This document shows positions 19,029 through 26,863 of a stretch of DNA of 36,720 bases, piece by piece. The notes beneath the pieces were generated by a model that was not told the DNA's origin, did no database searches, and saw only the letters and a list, made by a program, of their open reading frames with translations. This stretch comes from Gammaproteobacteria bacterium. GTDB lineage: Bacteria > Pseudomonadota > Gammaproteobacteria > GCA-001735895. Position numbers and translations under genes: made by a program. Every line of letters begins with the position of its first letter. Within the stretch, counting starts at the first letter, position 1. The stretch is from contig JAOUJX010000001.1 in the NCBI GenBank assembly GCA_029882955.1, forward strand, positions 1 through 36,720, in the 5' to 3' direction.

Positions 19029-19454
19029 ATGAATAGCCTTGCTCAATCAGCACTTAGTCAATACCAGGCTACGGATAACAGTGCTATCGCTTTTGCTAAT
19101 CCGCATGTATTGATTTTGAAATTAATCGATGGTGCGATCGAACGAATTTATCAGGCTAAAGGCGCTATGCAGCAGGGAGACACTGGCGCGAAGGGTAAAT
19201 TGATCGGCAAGGCGATCGGTATTATTTCAGGACTCGATGCCTGTCTGGATTCGGATTCGGATAATGAACTGGTGAATAATCTTGAAGCTATTTACGAGTA
19301 TATGAATATGCGATTGCTCGAAGCCAGTGCCGAAGACAACATTGGCAAGCTGGAAGAGGTTGCAAGATTAATGGGTGAAATTAGGACCGGATGGTTACAG
19401 ATTCCAGATGACTTAAAGAAAAGTCGCCCCGTCAAGGCTGTTGGTAAAGAATAA
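19029..19454 (+). CDS. fliS: flagellin-specific export chaperone FliS
   Basis: NPHVLILKLIDGAIERIYQAKGAM...GKAIGIISGLDACLD. The ATG at 19029 is preceded by GGAGA; the GTG at 19011 from the ORF track is less likely. Confidence 0.92.
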   Translation: MNSLAQSALSQYQATDNSAIAFANPHVLILKLIDGAIERIYQAKGAMQQGDTGAKGKLIGKAIGIISGLDACLDSDSDNELVNNLEAIYEYMNMRLLEASAEDNIGKLEEVARLMGEIRTGWLQIPDDLKKSRPVKAVGKE

Positions 19455-19762
19455 TGGGCAATGTTGCTGCACTGACTGAAGCGATTTCTTTGACCGATCA
19501 AATTCTCAGTGTTCTTGATGAAAGTGATTTTGCCGCGGTTGCCGATTTGGATGCCCGTCGCCAACCGCTGATCGTAAAGGCATTTTCCGACTCAATCGAT
19601 GAGATTGACGTGATCAAATCTCGTCATTTGCAGAGCTTGAATCAGCAGGTAGTAGAAAAGCTCAGTGTCCTTAAGGAATCGGTACTGCAACAGCAAAAGC
19701 AGATCCGTACCGCATCAAAAGCTACCAGAGCTTATACTTCCCACCAGTCGGTCGCTAGATAA
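19454..19762 (+). CDS. FliT-like small flagellar chaperone/regulator (102 aa, helical)
   Basis: Its start overlaps the fliS stop (TAATG). Size, helical and acidic character and its position after fliS match FliT/FleP-type proteins. No diagnostic motif was recognised. Confidence 0.5.
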   Translation: MGNVAALTEAISLTDQILSVLDESDFAAVADLDARRQPLIVKAFSDSIDEIDVIKSRHLQSLNQQVVEKLSVLKESVLQQQKQIRTASKATRAYTSHQSVAR

Positions 19763-19777
19763 TATTCTTCACCTAAA

Positions 19778-20998
19778 TCAGGCTTTTTGCCGGTTGGCAG
19801 GCTTCTTTTTCTTAGGCTTCCTGGGTTTGGCCGGCTGACTGTTTAATTTTGATTCCGGCAGATTATGATCTGGTTCAAAACCATCGATAGTTTCGCGCGG
19901 AATAATTTTCTGAGTCAGGTTTTCGATATCGCGTAACTGTTTTATTTCGTCGGCGCTGACTAACGACACCGCATGTCCTTTGGCTCCGGCGCGCCCGGTT
20001 CTGCCAATACGATGTACATAATCTTCGGCGACATTTGGCAGGTCAAAATTGACCACATGGGGTAGCTGGCTGATGTCGAGGCCACGTGCGGCAATATCGG
20101 TTGCAACCAGGACTGTTGTTTTGTTTTGCTTGAAATCGGCTAGAGCCTTAGTCCGGGCACTTTGACTTTTATTACCGTGAATTGCGGCCGCTTTTATACC
20201 TTTACCCTCCAGATGGCGGGTTAATCGATTGGCACCGTGTTTAGTTCTGGAAAAAACCAGTACCTGTTGCCATTTGTTCTGCTTAATCAAATGCGTCAGT
20301 AATGCCGATTTCTTTGCTTTATCAACTGGTAAAACTAACTGTTCTACTGCTTTTACCGCGCTATTACGGGGTGTTACTGAGATTTCTACCGGGTTGTTCA
20401 CCAGGCCTTTCGCGAGTTTACGAATTTGATCTGAAAAGGTCGCCGAAAACATCAGGTTCTGTCGCTGCTTCGGCAATAAGGCCAGAATTTTCTTAATGTC
20501 GTGGATAAAGCCCATATCCAGCATACGGTCTGCTTCATCCAGCACCAGGATTTCGATCTTGTTGAATTTCACCGCATTCTGACCATACAGGTCGAGCAGC
20601 CTGCCCGGAGTGGCGACCAGAATATCGACGCCTTTACGCAGCTTCATCATTTGCGGATTAATTTTCACGCCGCCAAAAACAACGGCTGAGCGCAGTGAAA
20701 GGTTCGCACCATAGGTCGCGACGCTGTCGCCCACCTGCGCGGCAAGTTCGCGAGTCGGGGTGAGTATCAAAGCCCGAACCTGGTTATTTGATGCCGCATG
20801 GCCTTGCGATAACAGCTCGAGGATGGGCAGGGTGAAACCAGCTGTCTTGCCGGTTCCGGTCTGTGCCGCCCCCATGACATCCTGGCCTTGCATGATCGCA
20901 GGAATGGCCTGTGCCTGTATCGGCGAAGGTGATTCGTAACCCTTTTTGCTAACAGCATCAAGAACTGGTTTAGATAAACCCAGGGCAGTAAAACTCAT
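19778..20998 (-). CDS. rhlE: ATP-dependent DEAD-box RNA helicase (RhlE-like)
   Basis: Q-motif region, AQTGTGKTA (motif I), [19 protein letters not shown] (DEAD), SAT and [10 protein letters not shown], plus a lysine-rich C-terminal tail [16 protein letters not shown]. Confidence 0.9.
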   Translation of the reverse strand: MSFTALGLSKPVLDAVSKKGYESPSPIQAQAIPAIMQGQDVMGAAQTGTGKTAGFTLPILELLSQGHAASNNQVRALILTPTRELAAQVGDSVATYGANLSLRSAVVFGGVKINPQMMKLRKGVDILVATPGRLLDLYGQNAVKFNKIEILVLDEADRMLDMGFIHDIKKILALLPKQRQNLMFSATFSDQIRKLAKGLVNNPVEISVTPRNSAVKAVEQLVLPVDKAKKSALLTHLIKQNKWQQVLVFSRTKHGANRLTRHLEGKGIKAAAIHGNKSQSARTKALADFKQNKTTVLVATDIAARGLDISQLPHVVNFDLPNVAEDYVHRIGRTGRAGAKGHAVSLVSADEIKQLRDIENLTQKIIPRETIDGFEPDHNLPESKLNSQPAKPRKPKKKKPANRQKA

Positions 20999-21184
20999 TA
21001 AATATCTCTAATCGAAGGAATGGCGGATGGAGTCGCCGAAGGCTGCGCAGCTTACAGGAAATTGCCCTTTTAATCGAAATAATTTGAACTGAGAATATCG
21101 CGATGAGCGAGCATGAAGCCGAAGTATTTTATGCTGGTTGAGGATAAAATACAGCATTATTTCTGCTATAGAAGGTAAAAGTTG

Positions 21185-22576
21185 ATGCCGGCTGAAAAAT
21201 CATCATTGAGAAACCAGGTGCCGCAAGGAGCCGAGGGCGATGTTAACAGCTCACCCTATCGCCGCGATTGGCAGTCCGGGAGAATCAATGCCGAAGCTCG
21301 CGTTATACTCGATAAAGATTCCCGCTATTTTCTGCGCCAGTCGGTGTCGACACCCTGTTTAAATACGATTAAAAAGGCGGAGGGAATCTGGATAGAAGAT
21401 CATTCTGGCAAGCGTTACATGGATTTTCATGGCAATAACGTACATCATATTGGCTACTCCCACCCTCGATTAATCGAAGCTATTAACCGACAAATGCAGA
21501 CTTTGTCATTCGCACCCAGGCGTTATGCCTGCGATGTTGCTGCGGAACTGGCCGAGAAACTCGCAGATATATCCCCGGGTAGTTTATCGAAACTACTGTT
21601 TACTACAGGAGGTTCGGACGCCATTGAAGTCGCTTTGAAAATGGCCCGGACTGCTACCGGACGATTTAAAACTATTTCATTCTGGGATTCGTTTCATGGT
21701 GCCGGGTTCGGTGCCAGCAGTGTCGGCGGTGAAGAAATGTTTCGTGGCGGATCAATTGGGCCGTTATTACCGGGAACTGAGCATGTGCCGCCGTTTGGCG
21801 ATTATAGAAATGCCTGGGGCGTGCGCGAAGGCAGTGCCGATCTTTGCGCGCGTCAGATTCGATACGTGCTGGAAAAGGAAGGCGATGTTAGTGCGGTCAT
21901 AGCCGAGCCGAGTCGAGCAGTGCCCTACATCGCTGCACCGGGTTTCTGGCAGCAGGTTCGGGAGGCCTGCAACGAGTTTGGTGCATTGTTGATCTTTGAC
22001 GAAATTCCTACCGGTCTCGGCAAGACTGGAAAGCTATTTGCCTGTGATCACGACGAAGTGGTGCCTGATATTCTTGTGATAGGCAAAAGTCTCGGTGGCG
22101 GTATTTTGCCCATCGCCAGTGTGATCTGTAAGCCCGAACTCGATGTTGCCGAACATTACGCCTACGGACATTATACGCACGAGAAAAATCCGGTAACCAC
22201 GCGCGCCGCATTAACCACAATTGAAATTATCGAAGACGAGGGCCTGGTCGAAAATGCTGCTGTCGTGGGTCAGTACGCCCTGCAACGATTAGAGGAAATG
22301 ATGGAGAGCCATCCTCTTATCGGCGATGTTCGTGGCAGGGGTTTTCTATTCGGTGTTGAGCTGGTGACCGACCGCGATAGTCGTGAGCCAGCAAATGATG
22401 CTGCAGATCGAGTGCTTTATCGTGCACTGGATAAAGGCCTGAGTTTTAAAACGACCATGGGCAATGTATTAACATTTACACCATCGTTAATCACCACGCA
22501 AAGTGATATGGCCTTTGCGCTTAATGTAATTGATGAATCTCTGGGCGAAGTTGAAAATGAGCTAGGCTTCAACTGA
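21185..22576 (+). CDS. class-III (aspartate aminotransferase-family) PLP-dependent aminotransferase, substrate unknown
   Basis: TTGGSDAIEVALKMAR, DEIPTGLGKTG and the PLP-lysine context VIGKSLGGG. ATG at 21185. There is no pathway context in the window. Confidence 0.85.
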   Translation: MPAEKSSLRNQVPQGAEGDVNSSPYRRDWQSGRINAEARVILDKDSRYFLRQSVSTPCLNTIKKAEGIWIEDHSGKRYMDFHGNNVHHIGYSHPRLIEAINRQMQTLSFAPRRYACDVAAELAEKLADISPGSLSKLLFTTGGSDAIEVALKMARTATGRFKTISFWDSFHGAGFGASSVGGEEMFRGGSIGPLLPGTEHVPPFGDYRNAWGVREGSADLCARQIRYVLEKEGDVSAVIAEPSRAVPYIAAPGFWQQVREACNEFGALLIFDEIPTGLGKTGKLFACDHDEVVPDILVIGKSLGGGILPIASVICKPELDVAEHYAYGHYTHEKNPVTTRAALTTIEIIEDEGLVENAAVVGQYALQRLEEMMESHPLIGDVRGRGFLFGVELVTDRDSREPANDAADRVLYRALDKGLSFKTTMGNVLTFTPSLITTQSDMAFALNVIDESLGEVENELGFN

Positions 22577-23986
22577 TAACGATTGATTAGGGAAAGTGAT
22601 GACAACTCTCAGGCCTGATCCTTTTTCCGGTGTCTCCATGGAAAGCGTAGCCTGGTGTAACTCAACTACCTGTGTGACTATGGATAAGCCGATGCCGCAA
22701 CCTGTTTCCTGATGGTTTTGTAAACGGTAATATCGCTCCAGTACCCGATCACGTTCTTCTTCTGGAATACCGGGGCCGTTGTCTTCGACGATGAGGCGAA
22801 ATTGCCTTTCATCGTTGATCAAACTCAGGCTAATAGCACCACCATCCGGGGTATAAGAAATGGCATTGCTGAGTAAATTTCGAATCAGCAATCGTAGGGA
22901 GGTCTCATCCACCGGGGCAATGACGTGATCGTTATCTGTGATAGACAGCTCGAGATTCTTGTCCTCCGCGATTGGTGCCAGTAAGGCAGTTTCTTCGACC
23001 AGGATCTTACCAATATCGATTCTCTCCAGCTGCTGGCTGAATTTCTCAGGCTCCAGTCGAGCCAGGGCGAGCAGTTGATTGACTAGATGTGTGCTGCGAT
23101 CGATACCCCGCATGACCTGATCGATAGCGGTGATACGATCACTTGCATTGTCGGCTTTGCGGGCCAGCTCGGCATGTAGCTTGACGGCGGAGAGCGGCGT
23201 CCTCAGTTCGTGTGCGGCATCCGATGTGATTCTCTTTTCTCTAGCCAGTGCATTTTTCAACCGGGATAGTAGCTGATTTACCGCCTCGGTAATGGTCTTG
23301 ATCTCAGCGGGTGTATTTGTACTGGTGATTGAGTCTAGTTTATCCGCACTACGCGATTTAATCTGGGAGGTCAGCTTTTGTAGTGGTGCTAGCCCCTGAT
23401 TGATAGCAAACCACATAACTATGGACAGAACCGGCACCAGGATCAGGAATAGTTGGAGCAGACCTTCAGATACTTCTTCGATTAATTCGTTGCGCACATC
23501 GATGCGTTCAGCGGTGATACAACGATACCTGCCATCAATACTGGTTAAGCTGAAAACTCTCCATTCGTAATCCGAGAAGTAATGATCACTAAACCCGCTT
23601 CGTCCGGCACTAATATCGGTGATCGGAAGGTTGGTCGATTTAAGAACCAGGTTTCCGGCGTCATCCCATATCTGAAATCCCAGCTTTGTTTCGTAGACAT
23701 GACCGTTGGCCAATTCTTCATCGTCATCAATATATTCGTCTAATTCAGGGTCGTGGTCCGATTTTAATTTGTTCTGGTCAAGAAATAATTGAATACTGGA
23801 GAGTTCTAAAGGGTTCCTGCCAACCTGCGCCAGGCTAAGAATCAGACGGGCAGAGCGGGATAATTGCGCATCGAATAACTCCTGGGTTTCATGTTGAATT
23901 GTGGCATAACTCATCCAGGATCCGCTGCCGACCAGTATGAAAGTTACCAGTAATAATCGTATTATGAGGATAGTTCGCATCGACAT
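22562..23986 (-). CDS. sensor histidine kinase, QseC/PmrB (BasS)-type
   Basis: TM1, a periplasmic domain of about 140 aa, TM2, H-box AAHELRTPLSAV, N-box LLSNAISYTP, G1 DNGPGIP and G2 GCGIGLSIV. Starts 5 nt after the response-regulator stop. Confidence 0.92.
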   Translation of the reverse strand: MSMRTILIIRLLLVTFILVGSGSWMSYATIQHETQELFDAQLSRSARLILSLAQVGRNPLELSSIQLFLDQNKLKSDHDPELDEYIDDDEELANGHVYETKLGFQIWDDAGNLVLKSTNLPITDISAGRSGFSDHYFSDYEWRVFSLTSIDGRYRCITAERIDVRNELIEEVSEGLLQLFLILVPVLSIVMWFAINQGLAPLQKLTSQIKSRSADKLDSITSTNTPAEIKTITEAVNQLLSRLKNALAREKRITSDAAHELRTPLSAVKLHAELARKADNASDRITAIDQVMRGIDRSTHLVNQLLALARLEPEKFSQQLERIDIGKILVEETALLAPIAEDKNLELSITDNDHVIAPVDETSLRLLIRNLLSNAISYTPDGGAISLSLINDERQFRLIVEDNGPGIPEEERDRVLERYYRLQNHQETGCGIGLSIVTQVVELHQATLSMETPEKGSGLRVVITFPNQSLSVEA

Positions 23987-23991
23987 ATCCG

Positions 23992-24651
23992 CTATTGCCT
24001 CGGTATGGTGTAACCGACGCCGCGGATTGTTTTGATTAAATCGGCACCAAAATATTTGCGCAGATGATGAATATGTACCTCGATAGCATTGCTTTCAATT
24101 TCGTCACCCCAGTTATAGAGTTTATCTTCGAGCTGGGCGCGTGAGAGGACTCGACCACAACTGGAGAGTAATTCTTCGAGTAGTGCAAATTCTCGACGGG
24201 ATAAGCCGATGACTTTCTCATCACGGGTGACGCTGTGGGCAGCAGGGTCGAGAATGATGTTTTTGTAGATAATGCGCTGTTCGGGCAGGCCACGGGAACG
24301 CCTGATTAAGGCGCGCAAGCGAGCACAAAGCTCGTCCAGTTCGAAAGGCTTGACCAGGTAATCGTCGGCACCAGCATCGAGCCCGGCTACCCTGTCTGAT
24401 AACCCGTCCTGTGCGGTTAATATTAAGACGGGTAAAGTGACCCCCTGGCCACGAATCTGTTTAAGCAGGTCAAGCCCGCTTATTTTTGGCAAGCCGATAT
24501 CCAGAATCATACAGTCGTATTCGGTTTCTCTGATTGCAGACAAAGCCGTTTCGCCATTTTTTACCCAGTCGACACTATAATTTTCGTGACCTAGACCGGC
24601 AAATAGCCCCTCACCGAGCAACGAGTCATCTTCTACCAGTAATAGCCGCAC
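23992..24651 (-). CDS. OmpR/PhoB-family response regulator, PmrA/QseB-like
   Basis: Receiver domain (VRLLLVEDD, DCMILDIGLP, LILTAQD, KPF) plus a winged-helix domain (LSRREFALLEEL...IRGVGYTI). The GTG at 24651 gives the canonical (M)RLLLVEDD N-terminus. The ORF-track GTG at 24681 is 16 nt from a putative operator and has no RBS. Confidence 0.9.
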   Translation of the reverse strand: MRLLLVEDDSLLGEGLFAGLGHENYSVDWVKNGETALSAIRETEYDCMILDIGLPKISGLDLLKQIRGQGVTLPVLILTAQDGLSDRVAGLDAGADDYLVKPFELDELCARLRALIRRSRGLPEQRIIYKNIILDPAAHSVTRDEKVIGLSRREFALLEELLSSCGRVLSRAQLEDKLYNWGDEIESNAIEVHIHHLRKYFGADLIKTIRGVGYTIPRQ

Positions 24652-24696
24652 AGAATCGATTCCATATAATATTGGGTACACATTTACCGTTTTAAT

Positions 24697-24713
24697 CTTA
24701 AGCCTTTATTAAG
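24697..24713 (-). promoter_or_regulatory. PmrA-type box facing the response-regulator/kinase operon (minus strand reads CTTAAT-AAAGG-CTTAAG)
   Basis: Perfect match to the enterobacterial PmrA/BasR consensus YTTAAK-N5-YTTAAK when read on the minus strand. Lies 46 nt upstream of the preferred regulator start. Suggests autoregulation. Confidence 0.55.
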
Positions 24714-24747
24714 GAGTTGCCCATTTTTTTGAGTTACTGGTTTCACA

Positions 24748-24764
24748 CTTAAGATTGGTTTAAG
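24748..24764 (+). promoter_or_regulatory. PmrA-type box facing the thioredoxin-DUF4266-DUF3570-apbE operon (CTTAAG-ATTGG-TTTAAG)
   Basis: Perfect YTTAAK-N5-YTTAAK on the plus strand. A TAAAAT -10-like hexamer at 24781-24786 sits 16 nt downstream, so the box occupies the -35 position as in PmrA-activated promoters. Confidence 0.55.
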
Positions 24765-24804
24765 AAAGGAAAGCTAGGATTAAAATAACTCGAAAGGAGA
24801 ACCA

Positions 24805-25287
24805 ATGAAATTAATAACGTCTATAGCCAGCCTCATGATGCTGGTATCAGTTAGTTTGAATGTAAGCGCTGCGACCGAAGCACCCAATATTAAATTACCC
24901 GGGCTGAATGGGGAAGTGAACCTGGAAAAGCTTAGAGGCAAGGTCGTTTATCTTGATTTCTGGGCTTCGTGGTGTAAGCCCTGCGCTAAGTCTTTCCCAT
25001 GGATGGAAGAAATGAACAGCGCTTATCGGGCTCAGGGGCTGGAAATAGTCGCGGTAAATCTCGACAAGGATCGCAAGGTGGCTGATGCCTTCCTGAAGAA
25101 ACTCGAAGTAAATTTTAAAATTGCTTACGATGCAGGAGGCGATACGGCAAGCCAGTATAAATTACGCGGTATGCCGAGCAGCTTTCTGATCGGAAGAGAC
25201 GGTAAGTTATATGCCACTCATATTGGTTTTCGCGATAAGGATAAGCCAAAAATTGAACAGGCAATCAAACAGTTACTCAAGCTTTAG
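24805..25287 (+). CDS. periplasmic TlpA/ResA-like thioredoxin-fold thiol:disulfide oxidoreductase
   Basis: Sec signal peptide (…SLNVSA/ATE), redoxin fold with active site FWASWCKPC and a GMPSSFLIGRDGK cis-Pro loop region. Confidence 0.9.
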   Translation: MKLITSIASLMMLVSVSLNVSAATEAPNIKLPGLNGEVNLEKLRGKVVYLDFWASWCKPCAKSFPWMEEMNSAYRAQGLEIVAVNLDKDRKVADAFLKKLEVNFKIAYDAGGDTASQYKLRGMPSSFLIGRDGKLYATHIGFRDKDKPKIEQAIKQLLKL

Positions 25288-25299
25288 TCAGGTTGGTTT

Positions 25300-25512
25300 A
25301 TGCGAACTTTTATTGTAATTTTCATGATGATATTTCTTTCGGCCTGCTCATCTCTGGGTGTACAACCCTGGGATCGAGACTTGCTGGCGAAAGATTCGAT
25401 GCAGCTGGTGCCCGATTATCTGGATAACTTCTTCGACGAGCATATCTACTTTAGCAAGGAGGCCAGCAGCGGTGGTCAGGGTGTTGGCGGCGGAGGTTGC
25501 GGATGCAATTAA
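25300..25512 (+). CDS. DUF4266-type small lipoprotein (70 aa) with C-terminal GGGGCGCN
   Basis: Lipobox FLSAC (Cys16, Ser at +2). Mature sequence QPWDRDLLAKDSM...EHIYFSKEASSGGQGVGGGGCGCN matches my memory of the DUF4266 family, including the terminal Gly-rich CGC motif. Confidence 0.8.
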   Translation: MRTFIVIFMMIFLSACSSLGVQPWDRDLLAKDSMQLVPDYLDNFFDEHIYFSKEASSGGQGVGGGGCGCN

Positions 25513-26807
25513 AAAATATTCGAAAGCAGATGAGTCTGGCGACCTGTGCCCTGTTACAGGCAGCTTCACCAGCTGTGAATGCCGAGGAAAGTGACTGGGA
25601 GATTGACACAGCCATATTATTTTATAGCGAAGACAATGGGCGTGTCAGTGCCATAGAACCGGCGATTTATGCCGGTCGAGAACTGGCCGACGACCAACGT
25701 ATCGATCTCAGACTAGTCGTCGATGCGCTCACGGGTGCCACGCCGAATGGAGCACACCCATCGGCTGTCTCACAAACCTTTACCACACCCTCGGGCGGGA
25801 GCACTTATACCGAAGCACCGGGTGAGTTGCCCCTGGATGATACCTTTAGAGATAGCCGGGTAGCTATCGGTGCCGATTGGGAAGTCGGCCTTGATCGTTT
25901 TTCCAGAGTTACCTGGGGCGGTAACCTGTCGAAGGAATATGACTATCTGTCGCTGGGTGGTAGTGCGACTTACGCGCGAGATTTTAATGACAGGAATACA
26001 ACCTTTACCACAGCATTTGCCTTCAATAACGATACGATTGAACCGGAAGGCGGTATTCCGTCGGTGTTTCAACCGATGAGGGTTGCGGGTTCCGGCCTCA
26101 ATCGTGAAGGTGCGGATGATGACAAAACGATTACCGATTTCATGCTTGGTGTTACTCAGGTTATTAGCCGCGAAACTATTATGCAGTTGAATTTTAGCTT
26201 CGGTCAGATCGATGGTTATCAAAATGATCCGTTTAAGATTGTGACTGTGGTCGATCCAGCTGACGGTTTACCAGCAGGGTCGGGTTTTTTCGATACGGCA
26301 AGCACCGGAAACCTGCCTTATGTTTACGAGCGCCGCCCGGATACACGTGACCGTAGCGTCATTTATTTCAAAACGGTACATCATTTCGAAGAGGATACGA
26401 TCAACTTTTCCTATCGTTATTACAACGACGACTGGGAAGTAACATCGCATACCCTGGATTTACGTTATCGTTACGAACTTGGAAATAGCTATTTACAGCC
26501 CCATGTTCGATTTTACCGGCAGGACGCTGCCGAATTCTATACGCATGATTTGACCCTGGGTACAGATGTCGATCCTGTTTCGGGTGCAGTATCAAGAGAC
26601 TATGCCACTAGCGACTATCGCCTCGCGGAATCAGAGACATTGACGCTCGGCTTAAAATACGGGATGCCTCTAGGCAATGACAGTGAATTATCAATTCGTG
26701 GCGAAGTGATCACTCAGTCCGTGAACGATGGCTCGGTGCGTCCGGGCGAGGAGACGGCTGATCTGGATGCTTTTGTGTTGCAGTTAAACTATTCGCTGCT
26801 CTGGTAG
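25503..26807 (+). CDS. DUF3570-type putative outer-membrane beta-barrel protein with ApbE flavinylation motif
   Basis: The ATG at 25503 has GGAGG 6 nt upstream and overlaps the DUF4266 stop by 10 nt. Signal peptide ...AASPAVNA/EE. Alternating beta-strand pattern and a C-terminal aromatic signal LQLNYSLLW. DALTGAT at residues 76-82 of the ORF-track translation. Confidence 0.82.
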   Translation: MQLKNIRKQMSLATCALLQAASPAVNAEESDWEIDTAILFYSEDNGRVSAIEPAIYAGRELADDQRIDLRLVVDALTGATPNGAHPSAVSQTFTTPSGGSTYTEAPGELPLDDTFRDSRVAIGADWEVGLDRFSRVTWGGNLSKEYDYLSLGGSATYARDFNDRNTTFTTAFAFNNDTIEPEGGIPSVFQPMRVAGSGLNREGADDDKTITDFMLGVTQVISRETIMQLNFSFGQIDGYQNDPFKIVTVVDPADGLPAGSGFFDTASTGNLPYVYERRPDTRDRSVIYFKTVHHFEEDTINFSYRYYNDDWEVTSHTLDLRYRYELGNSYLQPHVRFYRQDAAEFYTHDLTLGTDVDPVSGAVSRDYATSDYRLAESETLTLGLKYGMPLGNDSELSIRGEVITQSVNDGSVRPGEETADLDAFVLQLNYSLLW

Positions 26808-26863
26808 TGAAAAATGTGACTATCCAATAGAATATTCGGGCGTCTACTGCGGCGCCCTTTTTT

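Noticed and set aside
23879-23890. ExxE motif (ETQE) directly after TM1 of the kinase, considered as a PmrB-like iron-binding site
   Set aside because: The HExxELFDAQL segment after TM1 appears to be a generic conserved feature of QseC/PmrB-family sensor N-terminal domains. On its own it does not indicate metal sensing. Only the separate acidic tract is reported, at low interest.
25348-25594. 73-aa (-) and 78-aa (+) ORFs spanning the DUF4266/DUF3570 junction
   Set aside because: They are out of frame with, or antisense to, two genes that have lipobox or signal-peptide features, family-typical motifs and a good RBS. They are likely artefacts of local GC-rich Gly codons.
26837-26863. Short GC stem (GGGCG...CGCCC) followed by T6 immediately upstream of the apbE ATG, considered as a terminator separating apbE from the DUF3570 gene
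   Set aside because: The stem is only about 5 bp with a large loop, and the T-run abuts the start codon. This is too weak to call. apbE is more likely co-transcribed, possibly with some attenuation.
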